Of a DNA stretch of 64,000 nucleotides, positions 24,841 to 40,194 are shown one piece after another; position 1 is the stretch's first letter; every line of letters begins with the position of its first letter. Both the position numbers and the translations under genes were made by a program. The notes under the pieces are model-generated. The model was not told where the DNA came from. It did not search any database and was given only the letters and a program-made list of their open reading frames with translations. The stretch comes from Rhizophagus irregularis (lineage: Eukaryota), in assembly GCF_026210795.1 (NCBI RefSeq), contig NC_089429.1, positions 7,006,001 through 7,070,000 on the forward strand, given 5' to 3'.

Positions 24841-26213
24841 TAATTTTACGTTTTTATTATTTATTTTATATATATATATATATATACGTATAAAATGTGC
24901 ATTTATAAATTTTTTATTTAAATTACAAATAAGTGTGATGGTTTTACTTATCCTTAATTTTACATTTTTATTAATAATTCTTATAATTTTTTATTTTTAA
25001 TTGAGAAACCTTAGATTAATATAATACTATAAAAGCAATTTTTTTTATTTGTTGTTTGTTAAGGTTTAGGTTGTTTAAAAGATTTATCTTTCTTATTTTT
25101 CTTATTTCGGTTTCTATAAATTGATTCGGTGATAGAATAATCGCTGGTGGTAATTTTCAAAAAAAAAAAAAATTGTTTTTATAAATAGTTTATTATTTAT
25201 TTCATATTTCATGTATTTTATTAATCTAATAAATTGTTCTATTTTAATGATTTTATAAATCTTACTCGCAACATAAATGATAATGCAAAATTAAACTTCA
25301 AATCTAGTTCTAGAGATCCTTAAATAATGAAATATAATCGAAAATTTGCAACGCAGCACAAACTATGATCACGAATTTAATTTTATAGCGTACTATTTAA
25401 TATTTATGATAAATTTAATGATGCATTTTTTGAAACCGGGGAACCGATCAACTAAAAAAATTGAAATTCAAATTTCTTGATCTTTTAGCATAAACCGTTT
25501 ATTATTGATATAACCTCACTCCACGCTTGATATATTAACGTGTGCCAAAGTTCCGAAATCAGTATTGATTGACGATTTTGTAAAAGATGATTTTCTTATT
25601 AAATTTATCTTCTTCATTAATTCGTTCAAAGATTTTTTCATCTTTATCACTTGAATCCCAAATCTTAGTACCATTGATCAAACATTTCTTTTAAATATTT
25701 TGTAATAGGTCTTTTAACGGAATTGTATCTATATTTTGTTTAACTATATCTTTTACTAATTGAAGTACTTTATTATTATGTGTTTCATTGTTTTACCGTC
25801 TGCAATGACTTGCATATCGTTAACGGCGTAAACTTGAGTTTATTTTAGAAATTGATTATCGTACCATCATCATAATCAGTTAATACATGTTATACAGTAT
25901 TACTTATATGTATATTATATCATATATATCACATTATTACAAATAAATATTATTTAATTATCTAATTACAAGTTATTAATTATTATTACTCATATTACTC
26001 ATTACGTTTATTTCCGATCTTTTCATCAGGTGTTGGATGTTTAACGTAACGTCTAAAGAAAGAACGACGGAAACGTTAGGGACTATTTAGTTAAAAATAT
26101 ATTAAAATTGCTGTGTTCCTACAAAAGTCCTAGATCCAAACAAAAGAAAAATTTCTGAATTTCCACTGAAATTCACGTCCCAGATCTGACTAAAATGAAA
26201 AAGATGAAATATT

Positions 26214-26802
26214 AGATTCGTTAAATTAAAAGATTAAAAAAAATATCTTCCGGTTTCTCACCAAGAAAAATCTTCGATTTCTTACTCGTCTAAAAAAAAA
26301 AGAATGAATGAAACGTTAGAAACATTTCGTTAAATAAAAAAATTAAAAAATTTATTCGTTTTTCCCGTTTTCCCACCGAAATCCACATTCTAAACCGTCT
26401 GAAAAAAAGAAAATTTCCGAATTTTATAAGTTCAGGCCTATTTAAAAAAAAAAAGAATAAAATTTTGAATATTAAAATGCATTTCGGTAGAATAAATAGA
26501 CCAAAACAGAGAAAGAAACTTTAATACCGAAAGTGAAGTTCCGTACATCCAAAGATCTTGCTGTCTAAGAAAAAAAGAAAAGAGCAAAACGTTAGTAAGC
26601 GTTTCATTAAAGAAATTTTTAAAGAAAATTTCTGGAATCCCTACCGAAATCCTGCGCGTCCAAGTACTTGACTGCTTATAAAAAAAGAGAGAAAATCAAA
26701 AAGTTAGCAAAATGTTTCGCTAAAAGAAAGAAATTACATTTTTTTTTCAGAAGCCCTTACCGAAAAAAAAGAAAAAAATTGAAACGCTAGAAACATTTCG
26801 TT
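26214..26802 (+). repeat. Dispersed ~590-bp repeat, copy 1 (inverted copy at 51359-51953); internally repetitive
   Basis: AATATCTTCCGGTTTCTCACCAAGAAAAATCTTCGATTTC, CTGGAATCCCTACCGAAAT and GAAACGCTAGAAACATTTCGTT are found as near-exact reverse complements at 51359-51953. Subunits with GAAACGTTAG and CCGAAAT recur internally. Confidence 0.9.
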
Positions 26803-27982
26803 CTACCTTTTCTTATTTGTTTGATTATTTCAAAATTTTTATTTATTTTTTTTTTTTCGAAAATCTTAAAAAACTATTGACGATTATTATAGTGATCCTT
26901 TCACGTGGTTTATCTAAATCGTCGTTCTTAAGATAAAAGAAATTATCAGTTATAAATATTTATTTTGATTTTATTTATAATAAAAAGTTATTTATTAGAA
27001 ATCATTATGAATTAGATTGCTTTCCAATGAACTATGTCTGCAAAAATTTGTTATCAATTTATAACCTTGACTAAAAACAAAGCAAACTATTTGATTATTT
27101 TGATTATTTACAATTTCAGAAATAGATCCTCTCTAAGGTACCTCACTAATTTAATATCTAAAATTTCGGAGAGCCTCTATTCCGAATAAAATTTTGGTCT
27201 TTCTTGCCAAAATGACAATCTTTAAAATGAAATTTAAAGTTTAGGAAAGTGTTTTTAAATGGGGATTTGAAATTATTACGTATTTAAATATTTCACGTAG
27301 AATTAATCAATTCTTCGCGAGTTTAAAATTAACTATAATCAATATTATATCGCAATATTTCTTGAGTATTATCCAATTGACGATTTTTTATGAAATTACA
27401 AAGAATAGTTTAAATATTGAAAATTATATTAAGTCATGTAATAATTTAGTATTAACTTGTCAAGAAACCAAAGATTAATTTTGTATATCAGTAAATCATA
27501 TTATTAAAGAAATTATCTTATCAATAGATCTGTAATTATTTTCTGCAAACAGTGAATAATTAATTTATAAATAGATTTAATAAACAATTATTGCCAAATG
27601 TCTTTTTTTAGATGTTGCAATAAATTCTCATGAGTACAAAACAAAAATTCTTAGTAGTAATGATGTTACTTTCAATTATAACCCCTAATTTTGCATTAGT
27701 CTTGTCATTAAGAAAAATATGACCTCAATGATGAAATTCATGCTATTTAAAATCAAATATAGTGCATACTACATCACTTTTGTATGAATTTACTGACAAT
27801 AATGGGAACGACTTAATTACAATAAATATTGTTATTCAATAAAAGTAACTAACAATTTTTACTTAGTAATTTATATTACAATATTTTTAATAATTTTGTA
27901 GCACAATTTGACAAATTTTATACCATACAAACATGTTCAAAGCCTTTTCATAGAGTATTGTGCTCTTATTTCAGTATGTGCT

Positions 27983-28213
27983 TAGAGGTCTGCATTGACT
28001 CCTATTTTACAACCAGGCTTGGAAATTAACTTAAAGTGCCCGGCCCGGCTTAATATATTAAAAACCCAGCCCGGACCGGACCCGGACTATTATTATATCA
28101 TTTTGCTGTAAAAACAAAAAAATTCGGCCAGTTTAATTTCGGCCGGAATTAAGAATTACGAAAATCCGGGTTTAACGAAAAATCATGTGCGGGGTCCCGT
28201 TTGCAGACCTCTA
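27983..28213. mobile_element. hAT-like MITE
   Basis: Perfect TIR TAGAGGTCTGCA / TGCAGACCTCTA; near-TSD ATGTG-CT / ATGTGGCT; CCCGG subterminal repeats. Confidence 0.8.
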
Positions 28214-31200
28214 ATGTGGCTGAGATATTTTATTATATATGTTTGATTATTTTAAATTTTTTTAAATAAATATGCAGAAATTAAAATTATTAAAAAGCCA
28301 TATTTATGGTTTATTGTAAAAGGCCACATTTATGGCTTATTGTGTAGTTGAACTAATTTTATAAAGAAGATAATCTCAACATTTGATTTCACATGAATAA
28401 AAAGCCTCATTTGAACACTAAATGGGGCTTTAATTATTATTAGTACATGTAAATACATTTATAAAATTTTTTTTTTCAATATGATTCCCCCCTTTTTTCC
28501 TAAATATTTAATATTCAACTTTTGAGATTTAATAAATTATTAAAAAAAATTTTATTTTGAAAAATTATTCATGAAAAAATTTTCTTCAAACAAGCGAGAT
28601 ATGCTATTTGGATGCATCATCATTCAATTCTTTTAAAAATTATATATTTCTTTCTATTTATTTAAAAATAAAATTTTATAATGTTTAATTCCTCTTTTAT
28701 TCTAACAACATCAATACAATTTATTCTATCATATTTTCTAAACATACTATATCATTATTTATTACATACATAAACTTTTATAATAACTCTAGAATTGTTC
28801 ATGAACATTACTATGATACATATAATTTAATGATATTTGGTTCAATTACTATGATTTGAAGTGTATTCAAGACAATATCATCGATATTTGATAATATTAA
28901 TATATTGAGCGGAATGTGCATTTCATAATGTTGTAATTGTCACATACACCTGCTATCAACAATTACATCAAGTTAAATTTCTGTGTTGGAGAAATTTTTA
29001 AGGAGTCAACCAAATTAAAAAAAAATAATTTAAAACCCTTTCATTGCAAAACCTTTTCATTACACACATGTTTTATTATAGACATTTGCTTTATTCCCGC
29101 ACAAGTATCATTCCCAAATATACAAATATAGTAACAAATGATTAAACTACTAGACCTTATTAAATATTATTCATTAAAAGCATTATATTTTAAATTTTAC
29201 ACAACTTCTTTCATAATTACAATCTATAATAATAACACAGTCTGGTCAATTAGTATAGTATATAACTTATTAAATTTATTACCAACGATATAAAATTAGA
29301 AGTTGTAGTTTAGGGAACAAGTTAAATTCAAAGAAAAATAAAAAAGAATCACATTTGAAAGCATTTTTTGTAACCAAATAATGTTTCACCTACACAAGAG
29401 ATACAGTATTATTACTCGATTCCTTTAAAACTAATAGAACTTTTTATTATAGAATAAATTTCTTAAGAAATCTTATCTGACTGATAAAATGGAATTAGAG
29501 TATCAGACAAAGTATTCAAAATAATAAAACCTTCCTATTGCCAGCTCAAAGAAAATTGTTAATAAAATCAATTTGCATCCTTAATCTCATGAGAATCTAC
29601 TTAATTACATTAATTTTAACAAACTTTGTGATTATTAAAGTTTCTAAACAACCCAGAATCTTTAAAGATAATTCTTTAAATATATTAAAGTATTTTGTCC
29701 TCAAACATGCAACAATAATAAAGAAAGTTTTCCTTTTATTATGATATACTATGGACTTTATATGAAAATAAATAACGAGGATTATTGGATTAATGGTGAT
29801 TTTTCCCAAAGAATTGATCTAGCAGAGGCATAACAACATTACGCCAATCTCATGCAAAATTGTAAATGGCATATCAAACACCCCGATATTTTATGACTAG
29901 TGAACAAAATGAATGAGTCATTTTACGTTGTTGACTCTTGAAGCAATGCTACTTATATAAACAGATTAAACAAAAGTTTACAAAAAAAGAAAATATAACA
30001 GAATATTTAAATAATTAATATATTCAAACATTGGATTGGTATATTACTCAAAGAAGATGGATTAATAATTTATTGCATTTTACTATTTAATACTTAGAGA
30101 GAAATACTATTAGAAGAAACAAATTTTAGTATAGTTTAAGAGTGAACTAATGGAATATAGGCATAAAATTACTCTAACTATCCATATGTTTAATTATTTC
30201 AGAATAGGAGCTTATTTTACTGATATTGGAGAGGGAAATCTGATAGTTGACATACAAATTTTGATGAAAGAAAAATAATTTTAAGAATGTTAAAATACAT
30301 AATTTATTCAAAGGTCAATCTGATGATAAAATATGTAAATTGACCAACCATTTATGACTAAATATGTACAGCTGGATGGAAAACTCACACAAGCCAATCG
30401 AGCCATGGATGTAACAGGTGATAAATTATTCAACAAGTGATAAATTATTTCATATTATTGAGTAATTACTCTAAAATAACTCTTTAAGTCATCCATCCAA
30501 AAAAAAACCAAAAAAAAGATATAATCAAGGATATGAACATTATATAGATATAAAGATTTATGAAAATAATTTAAAGGTACATATAACTGTAATTTGTACA
30601 GAAAGATACAAGATTTACTATTAGTAATGTTAGTAAAATTTCATTTTCATTACAATTAAATATTTTTCACACATTATACACAATAAGTTGCAAGTAACAT
30701 GGATTTCAAGGATTACCATTATATTTTTAATATACAATTTAACTTTCTAATTTACATATACAAAAGATTTACAGATTGCTGGAAATAATATTTTTAATCA
30801 TATTACCAATTACCTCTTTTATAAGCTTAAATAATTCACCACACCATTTATATATTTCTAAAATTAGAAATGATAATGATACAAGTAAAATAATTGTCAA
30901 AATATATATATCTCTTTATACAACAATTGATGATATTACAAAACTATTAAAACAGTATTAATCCAAAATACAACTTATGATAATAATTCTCCATGAACTT
31001 ACAAATGCCAATTAGTGATCTAACAAACCGTATGGACATCAATAAACTTTTTTAAAAAAGTTACATGCTATAGGCGGGTGAATTTTAAGAGAAAAGTATT
31101 AAAGGAGGTGGTTTAAAGCAATATGCTAATACACATTGGACTACCTTGATTGTGCTAATTCTATTTTTAGATGTTAAGCAGAAATTCGAAATGTAACATA

Positions 31201-32686
31201 TCCCCAAAAACTTATACCTTTACATATTAGAATTCTTTAGTGCATAGAATCATTAGTTCCGAATAAATATCATTCATATTGACGGTATTTTTATAGTATA
31301 GAATGGTTTTACTAAAATATTTATATTTACTAAGTGAAGAACTTCCGCGGTTCTACATATGTATAGTTATAATGTAAAATAAATTAAAAACTCGCATATA
31401 TTTCTAATTTTTATATGAATTTTTCTCACTTGGATTGAATATTTTTCCATTTTTCTTTTTACTGAAAGTCATAAAGTCAAAAAACAAATAAAGTAATAAA
31501 GTTCATTTCATTTATAAACGAACGTGGCGCGTGACAATAATAATTTCTAAGATAACTAGTTTATAACCGGAATTAATTTTTAAAATAGTAATGTCATGAA
31601 AATTTTTATTCATACAACTTCTATTTATAACCATTTAGTATTTAAATGCTTATTTAAAAAAGTCATGACAAGGTGCGGGCACTCAGAAAGAGAAAATGAG
31701 AAAATGAAACGAAAAGATAGTATTCGATGAGTAGATCATCAATACGATGTTTGATGATGTGACGATTGTGACGTTATTATAATCACTATACGAACTATAT
31801 ATGAGAAATTCGCATACAAAAGCATTATTAACATTAACAATTTTCAAAAAAAAATTATTAATAGCCAGATATTAGAGGATTTCCGATTCTCGCATCTTTG
31901 AATAATAATAAAGTTTTTTCCTTCTTAAAAATCATATTATCAAGCTTTTAACTTAAAACTCTAACAAGTTAATATATTTTTATTGCAGGATTAAAATCTT
32001 AGAAAATATAGATATGACTATTTAAATAATCTAGTTTATAAAAATGAAAAAGGGCTAAAAAAAAACTATTAAAAAAATTACTGAACTAAAAACTAAAAAA
32101 AAAGAAGAAATGATTAAAAAAAAAAATTTATTTTCGGTAATAAAAAACTTTTATTTTTCAGTATTGAATTGAATTAAAATCTGAAAATAAAAAAAAATAA
32201 TTAAAAAAGATTTTCGGTATTGAATAAAAAACCAAAAAATAAAAAAGAAAAATTTATTTAGTTTGAAAAAAGAGTTCGAAAAAAAAATAATCATAAATAA
32301 AAGTCAAAAGAAAGAAAGAAAGAAAATATTATAAAAAAATACAATTTTAAAAAAACTAGAATTTATAAAAAATTTAAGAAACGAAAAAAAATAATTAAAT
32401 AAAGGTTTAAAGGAAAAATAGAAAGAAAAAATTAAAAAAGTCCGTTCTACTGCGCCGACCGCATTGAACAAAATTGGCAAATAGAAGCTCCAATGATTTA
32501 TTCTCTAAAAAACTAAAAACAGTTAAGCAAGAAAAAATACAATTTACTAAATGGTTGTACATATAATTTGATTTTATATTACAATTTTTTGATAATACAC
32601 CAATTTAACATTTTAATTAATGAATTTATAATAATATAAACATATCGTTCAGTTTATATACAGTACAAAATAATCATAAATTTTCT

Positions 32687-34154
32687 CTATTTTTCAATTA
32701 CTTGAAATACTTCATAGCAATCTACTAAAAAATCAGAAGTTGGGATACCTATATTAGGATAAAAAGTAATATTATCACCATAAGTATTCCATATATTATG
32801 GCCTTTACAATAAAAATAACCCATATGTGGACCTTGACTATTAGCACAATAAATAGCACAATCTGGTTTTGTTACATAACCTAAATTTGCAGTAGAAATA
32901 TCTTTTCCATCTGTGAAACTAAACATAAAACTATCTATAGTAGGTTTCCATTCATCATCTCCATTCCAATCAAGTGGATTATAACCTCCAATTAATTGTG
33001 TTGAACCTTGAATTTTTGCTACCCAAATAGTGGCTCCTTTATTATCACAATTTTGATGAAATGATTCAGCACTAAATCCATCCCGATTTGAGCGATATAA
33101 TAATTTAAATTCATAAGGAATTTCATTTTTGTTATAGGAGGAATCTTTTCTGTCAATCCATGAAGCAAATAAAGGAATGTGATCTGACTGAATTAAAGTT
33201 GAATTAAGATTAGGCCTTCTTGAAGATGCTGTATTGGTTTTAGGTTTAATATTAGGAACAATATGAAATTCCAAAAGATCATGAATTAAATCTTTTGGTA
33301 AGATTTCTTTGTAAATATAAACTTTGTAAAAGAAATCTGTAGGTTCAATATCATAAAATCCAATTAATGGAATAAAATTATGTAATGATCTCTCAATCTT
33401 TATAATGTCATCAGTACTCCATTTGGTTGGATCACTTTCCATATTTTGTTGAAACAAGCACCATCTCAGTAAACGTTCCCAAACTTCGATTTCATTCATA
33501 TTTAAATCATCTCTTTTTAATAATAATTCTAATAAAGGTGCTTTTAAACTAATAAATTTATCAGAATCAAATAAAATTTTAGGTTCTTTACAAATTTTTT
33601 CAAGACAAAAATTCCATAAATCTGTAAATGTCTCATGCTGATAAACAGTTTCAAGAATGCAAGTTGGGTTTTGATATAAAAATTCAGTTTGATGTTCAAT
33701 TAAAAATTCTTGAATATGAGAAACTAATTGTTGGATATTGAGTTCATCTACAGCTATCAACAATTTCAATACATCTGGTCCTTGCAAATTTTTTAATTCA
33801 ATGTTTCCGCAATAAATAAACCTATAAAATATAATTCAATAATTATTAATTTGATATTTTTAGACAGTTATTAAAACTTTATAACATAGTACGTTGTTAC
33901 CTGAGAATAATATTAAATAAATAAGGCGAAATATTTGGTTTCCTTAAAATAAATTTTCCATCCTTTTTTTCAGCCCATTCATTAGAAAATGCTGCACGAA
34001 AATATAAAGACCTAATGCATAAAATATTTGAATGAGCATGGATTTCTTTAACATTCGGTTCTTCTCCAGCATAAATAACAACGTCATATCCTATTTCAGT
34101 TTCAAAAAGTTTTTCATAATCATTGGATAACTCTACCAAAAAATTTGAAGACAT
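32687..34154 (-). CDS. BTB/POZ-BACK-TLDc protein (462 aa, 2 exons)
   Basis: Exons 34154-33901 and 33821-32687 joined by a 79-bp GT-AG intron (..NIILR/FIYCG..). BTB: YDVVIYAGE...HAHSNILCIRSLYF. TLDc: FKLLYRSNRDGFSAESFHQNCDNKGAT, IGGYNPLDW, YEVFQV. Confidence 0.92.
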
Positions 34155-34429
34155 TGTAAAAACTTGTAAAGAGAAAAAAGTGTTTGTCATACGATCGGAT
34201 ATGAAAATTAACCTTAAATGTAATTTTATGTTTGATCGACATGCACAGTGACTTCATTGACTGCGGTAAAAATGACATACACGGGATTTTCATATCAGGT
34301 GAATTCGCAGATCAATTTATTAATGTTAAAAATAAAGAAAAAATAAAAAATATAAGTTTTAACCCATCTAACATAATGATAATTTACCTAACTTAAGTTA
34401 CATGCCATACTATTAGTTGCGTAAATAGT

Positions 34430-35285
34430 CAGTGTTCGGAAATGACCTGGTCATTTGACCATTTTTCGGATTAGGAGTCATTTGGTCAAATGACACCCCA
34501 TCATTTGGCATTTGGCATTTGAATTATTCGCGAAATGACAAATGCCAAATGATTGGGTATCATTTGACTGTCATTTGCGTCCTTTGTCATTTGGTCATTT
34601 GTCATTAAAATATTTAAAGATTATTGGACAATTTATAATCACGTGATGTACAAAAAGGAAGGACGTAATCGAAATAATCACAAACAGAATCAATTTTACC
34701 AAATTATTTATTTTTTACTGTAATCTGAAAATAATAAATAACACAACCATAATTATTAAAGTGATAATATCTGATATGTTATTTATTATATATAATTTTA
34801 TTATATAATTATATGCATAAATAAATATTATGGCCATCTTATGATTAAATAAAGACAACAATTATATATAAAAATGGTGAAAAATGGGATCCACTACATG
34901 TGTTACAATTAAATATTTTATTGCAAAATCAATTAACTTTTATCTGTGTGGATAAAATGATCATTAGTGAAATAATTATAAGTGAAATAATCCTGTCTAT
35001 AATAATATTATTAACAAATAATAACCTGTAAAATAATAACAAAATCACGTGATTAAAAAATCTTTACTACTATTGGAACTTTTTTGATTATATATATTAA
35101 ACCAATTTTGTTTTAATATTTTTGTTTTCTTAATTAAAATAAACAAAATAATTAATAAAAATTCTCAGAATATTTAATATTTTTCAAATGACTTAAATGA
35201 CAGGTCATTTGAGTTGCAAATGACAAATGACAAATGACTTGTCATTTGAGTCATTTGTTCATTTCAAGTCATTTGCTGAACACTG
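34430..35285. mobile_element. Non-autonomous hAT element with a perfect 8-bp TSD
   Basis: TIR CAGTGTTC.G.AAATGAC / GTCATTTGCTGAACACTG; TSD TAAATAGT at 34422-34429 and 35286-35293; dense TCATTT/AAATGA subterminal repeats at both ends. Confidence 0.92.
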
Positions 35286-37265
35286 TAAATAGTTATGGTC
35301 AACTAGGTTTTTCCTGTTTTAGTAGAAAATTTTGTCCTGAATACATTGTGCAGTTTCTTCTTGCATTAAAGATGATATATGTTTAGTACCTAACTCGTCT
35401 ATTCATTAATTAGCTCCAGGCCCTAATCAGTTACCAGAACTGCCACTAGATAATAAGCACCATATAGTCCCGAAAATAAGCACCCAGTTAGCTTTTTCTG
35501 TTGGTAGTTTCGTTTGGTGGTTTAAGATGTTTTATAATTTGAATAAGAGAAAGCAATATACTAGGAAAGAAAACAAGAAAAACATAATAAAATAAATTAA
35601 TTGTTAAATATTTTAGGCCACCGTAAATTTATGGGTTTAATGATGGATTTTGATTACTATACCTTCAAAATTTCATTTACTATTATTAAATCAGGCTGCC
35701 ATGTAAGCTATTGGTAATCCAATTTTTCAGTAGATTATTATGAAGTATTTCAAATAATTAAAAAATAGAAATAAAATTCAAACATTCAGTATTTCTTATT
35801 TATTATATAAATAAGCGAAATTACTTGGCACTTGGCAATTATGCTAATGAGTTAATTTATAATAAAAATTTAATATTTAAAATGTAGCAATTATTATTTT
35901 GTTATGACTTTATGTAACATAATGGTTTGAAAAAAGAGATTTGTTACAAAGTCTATTGAATTCATTATTTATAATTTAAATAGGGTATTATCAAACAATT
36001 GAAATATAAAAAACAAAGTTATAAAATTTAGAATTTAGTAAATATACTCATAAATAAAATGATGTTTATTTATTTTCTTTCTTTTTACTATTATTTTTAA
36101 TGACTGAAGATTTAATTCTAGGAACAACTTTTTCATATACAGCTTTATACATCAAGCTAAATTTAAACTTTTCAAAATACTGTAGTTTAACCTGCTTTAA
36201 ATTGAAAATCATTGGAGCTAAACTGTTGATAATTTAGTCTAGTTATTAATTATTATCTAAGATATCGTTCTGGAAACTGTCGTGAGTCTAGTAAAGTTCG
36301 ATTAGTATGATTTTACGTCGATTGATAAATCATCTGATAGTTAGATATAAAACATATTTGCAAATAACTGAATAAATAAACATATAATAACAATTACATG
36401 ATGATAATAATGAACGCATTAGAATTGTTAATGAAATAAATAAAATGGTGTGACTAAGTTACATAAATTTTAAATATTTTTCCAATAATAAACTGTTTAT
36501 AATAAGTGATAAACTTCCGTATTAGAGAATTTTTAATAGTCTAAATATTATTTCTCGAGTTTAAAAGTTGTATGAAATAAATCTTAGATTCTAAGTATTC
36601 AAATTGTTGTTACAAATATCACAAATAACAATTACTATACATCAAGTATGTATTGTTTTTGAAATTCATGCATTTATGTTTACCATTTATATAAATATTA
36701 CAACCTCTTAATGCATTATTGACTGCAGTAGTAAATGATTCGCAAACATTACAGATTTTCTTGATTTTCTTGTAAAATTAATAATTGAAGACAAGAAAAA
36801 TATAATTATTGGCGAAAAATAAAATGGTTATGCTGGAAATTCATTTGTCATACAGCTTTTATTAATATGCTCAACAAAGAATCTATATATTAGCAATATC
36901 GACGGCGAAAGCAATTTAACGTTATATACCAAACGCATGGAAGGTCGAATATTGGAAGGTCAAATAAATTAAATCTTAAGATTTTAAAATGATAAAAGGG
37001 ACTTTTTTTTTATACTAAATCGGTATATACTGTACGTAAGTTGGGATTTAAAAAAATAAAGGTAGAGAATTATAAAATTTTTATTTAAACATTTTATAAT
37101 GAAAAAAACAAAAAAAAAAAGAATAAGAAATCTAAAAAACATTTAAATCAATCTTAACATTGTAATAAATAATACTGACAATAAATCTCGATCATTTAAA
37201 ATGAACACTAAAATCCTATATTTCCTAAAAAAAAAAGTAAGCTTATTCTAAAAATAAAAAGTTAA

Positions 37266-38732
37266 CTAAAATTTCTCCTCCTCTTCTTCGCTTTCTTCCT
37301 CTTCACTTTTAGTTACATATTTAATAGTACCTAAATTTTCATATTTTTTTATTACTTCTAAAGTTTCTAAATTATTATAACCACAATATAATTGATATTC
37401 TACAATAATTGTAAATGAAAGTTTTTTTAGTGTCCTCCTTTCCCAGCATATAAAGAATGATTCTAAATCATCTGGAGATACATCTGAATTTGTAATGTGG
37501 TGTATTTTTAATTCACAAAAATTATTTGGTGAATATTTTGCAACAGTTTCTAATACTTCTTTCTCTGATAAATAATCTGTACCACACCAAATTTTAATAC
37601 TTTCTAAGTATTGACAATTGATAAGTATAGTTTTTAGTACATCTATCTCATCATCATTAAATATTACGAAAAGGCTTTTAAGATTTGGACAAAATTTAGC
37701 AATAGATAAACTTAAATCTTTGTTATTTTCACCTGTATAAAACTTTTTAAGGTTCTTTCCATTATTTTCTAAAAATTTCATTACATACTCAGGTTTTGGA
37801 CATTCATAAGGAATTTTTAAAACTTGTAATTTTAAAAAATTAACATATTGTAATTTTATAAAATCTTCAAGTACTCCACCAAGGAATGAAAATAACAATT
37901 CTTGTAAATTTGAGAATGAACTGATAAATGAGAATGATGAAATATCATCATCACTATGAAATTTTAATTTTGTTATTGTATGAGAATGTTTTGTTATAGC
38001 AGGTATAATATCTGTCCAACTTCCATCATCAAAAGCTGATAAATTTAAATCTTTTAAATTATTCTGAGAAGATATTAAACCTTTTAACTCATCTGTAACA
38101 CTACTACGAAAATCTATAGAAATAGATTGTAAATTATGGCATATTTGGGACAATTGATAAAAAAAATCCGAAGGAAGATCTGAACCACAACATAATTCTG
38201 AAAGATCTCTCGCTCCAGGAAAATGAGGGAAAGAAATATTAAAGTGACGCTTATAATAAAAATAACTATGGTAATAAGTCAATTTTTTCAAAGAAGAAAT
38301 TTGGTTTGCAAACATTTTGATAATTTCATTTGCAACTAAACTATTTTTATCTACTGAAATTGAATATGGTCTATTTTTAAGGACATTAACAATCATCGTA
38401 TTAATCCTATAAATTGAAAGAGCTTTGAAAAATGATGCATAATTAAATAACAATGGTTTTGAAGTAGGTGTTAAAATGAAAATTCCATTATTATACAAGA
38501 AATTTTTTGACTCATCTGGAAGACAAGCAATTAATGTACTAAGAATTGACGAATATATTTTGAACGATCTTTTACGATCAAATTTGAAATCAAAAGGATT
38601 CCTCCACAAAATTCTAACAGAAATTTCACACCAAAGACGATTAACTAACAAACATGAGTGTAAAGTGAATTTATCTATCTCTAAATATTCAAAAATCTCA
38701 TTTAAACAATCAGCTGGAAGTTGACATGCCAT
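37266..38732 (-). CDS. F-box-like / RNI-like LRR protein (488 aa, intronless)
   Basis: LPADCLNEIFEYL...LHSCLLVNRLWCEISVRILWRNPF F-box-like N-terminus; repeated CxNLxSL LRR-type motifs; acidic C-terminal tail. Confidence 0.88.
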   Translation of the reverse strand: MACQLPADCLNEIFEYLEIDKFTLHSCLLVNRLWCEISVRILWRNPFDFKFDRKRSFKIYSSILSTLIACLPDESKNFLYNNGIFILTPTSKPLLFNYASFFKALSIYRINTMIVNVLKNRPYSISVDKNSLVANEIIKMFANQISSLKKLTYYHSYFYYKRHFNISFPHFPGARDLSELCCGSDLPSDFFYQLSQICHNLQSISIDFRSSVTDELKGLISSQNNLKDLNLSAFDDGSWTDIIPAITKHSHTITKLKFHSDDDISSFSFISSFSNLQELLFSFLGGVLEDFIKLQYVNFLKLQVLKIPYECPKPEYVMKFLENNGKNLKKFYTGENNKDLSLSIAKFCPNLKSLFVIFNDDEIDVLKTILINCQYLESIKIWCGTDYLSEKEVLETVAKYSPNNFCELKIHHITNSDVSPDDLESFFICWERRTLKKLSFTIIVEYQLYCGYNNLETLEVIKKYENLGTIKYVTKSEEEESEEEEEKF

Positions 38733-40194
38733 TTTATTTGTATTAAGAAAAAATATTATGAACTTTGCTACATCGGGCGATTAATAAAATAATTTATATT
38801 TTAAACATCCGAAAGAAAGAAAATATTATTAAAATACGATTTAAAAAAAGCCGGACTCCGGAGTTAACTGTATTAGTTGATTCATTATTGTGTAACAAAA
38901 TATTTGTTGATCAGTATAAGTTTAGATCATGTGTTGCAATGTGATCAAAATTGATGCTACAATTGTTGCAGTACATCCGAAAAGTTCCAAATACATATTT
39001 GATATTACACAATTAATTTTATAGTTACACATTTTATTTGTGTTTTCCAAATGATTAAAAATTTATATATTTTTAAATATTTAGTCATTAGAACTTACTT
39101 ATAGCTTGTGATTCAAGTCATCACATAATTTTGATATTTTAAAGTTACACATAACCAAGGATTATACATAAATAACAATTGATATAATAAATCTAAAACT
39201 AGAATATATATTATTGGTATTGACTAAAAGAAATAATGTTAGAGATCAAGAAACTGATAGGAATGATATATAATTTTCTTAATATATTTATGTAAATCTC
39301 TAATCACAATGTTACATTAAACTATTAAACTGTTAGATTAGTTTGAATCTACTAGTTTGTGATAGCTTACATTATAAAATAAAAAAAGGTGTGTATAAAA
39401 AATCTATTATAACATTAATTGTAAGATGTCAACAATTCCCATGTGACAATCGTGACATGTAACATTGCCTTAACAGGAGGTCGGGGTCTTTTAAGTGAAA
39501 GTTATTGTAAAAAAAATGACTTCAATTTATAAATATACAAATTGTTGATCTCTCCTTTTATAAATAAGCTTCGTTAAAAATAAATAAATTTTTTAAATCC
39601 AGCTTTTTCTTAAATAAAATGAATAAACAAATGATTTTTTCTATTTATAATGAGTAAATTAAGTATAGAGAAATGGCAGATTTCGGTTTATTATAAGTTA
39701 AAATAGTAAAATAGTAAAAATTTAAGGGAATTGCTAAACGTGGCCTGGGAAATTGTCGCCTGGGGATTTTTTTCCAAATATTTTACATGATGTACAATAT
39801 ATAAAGTAAATTTATTAATTGGCTGACGGCTGATTTTTTTAACTTAGCTAATTTTTGATCAGCTAAACTTAAAATTTTATCGCAAGATATTTTAAAAAAA
39901 AAATTTTTGCAAACATATTTATTCAAAATAATCTTATCTAATGAAATTTTATTTGCAAATATTAAATTTTAAGTTACACATTTATGATTTTAAAGAAAAG
40001 AATCACCGTATTTTTAATGAAGTGATACAAATAAAAGAAACAATAGCAATAAATAAAAGATAAGTAAATTACAATGATCAAGAAGATGCTAATAAAAAAT
40101 GAAATAACAATGAAGTAATGGAAAGTAGTAGAAGATGAAAGGGAGTAAAAAAGAGTAATGAGAAATGATAGGAAACAAAAAAGGAGAAATATGG

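Noticed and set aside
28600..31050. Possible large decayed minus-strand gene
   Set aside because: Looks coding-like in patches, but is too riddled with stops to assign a family or boundaries.
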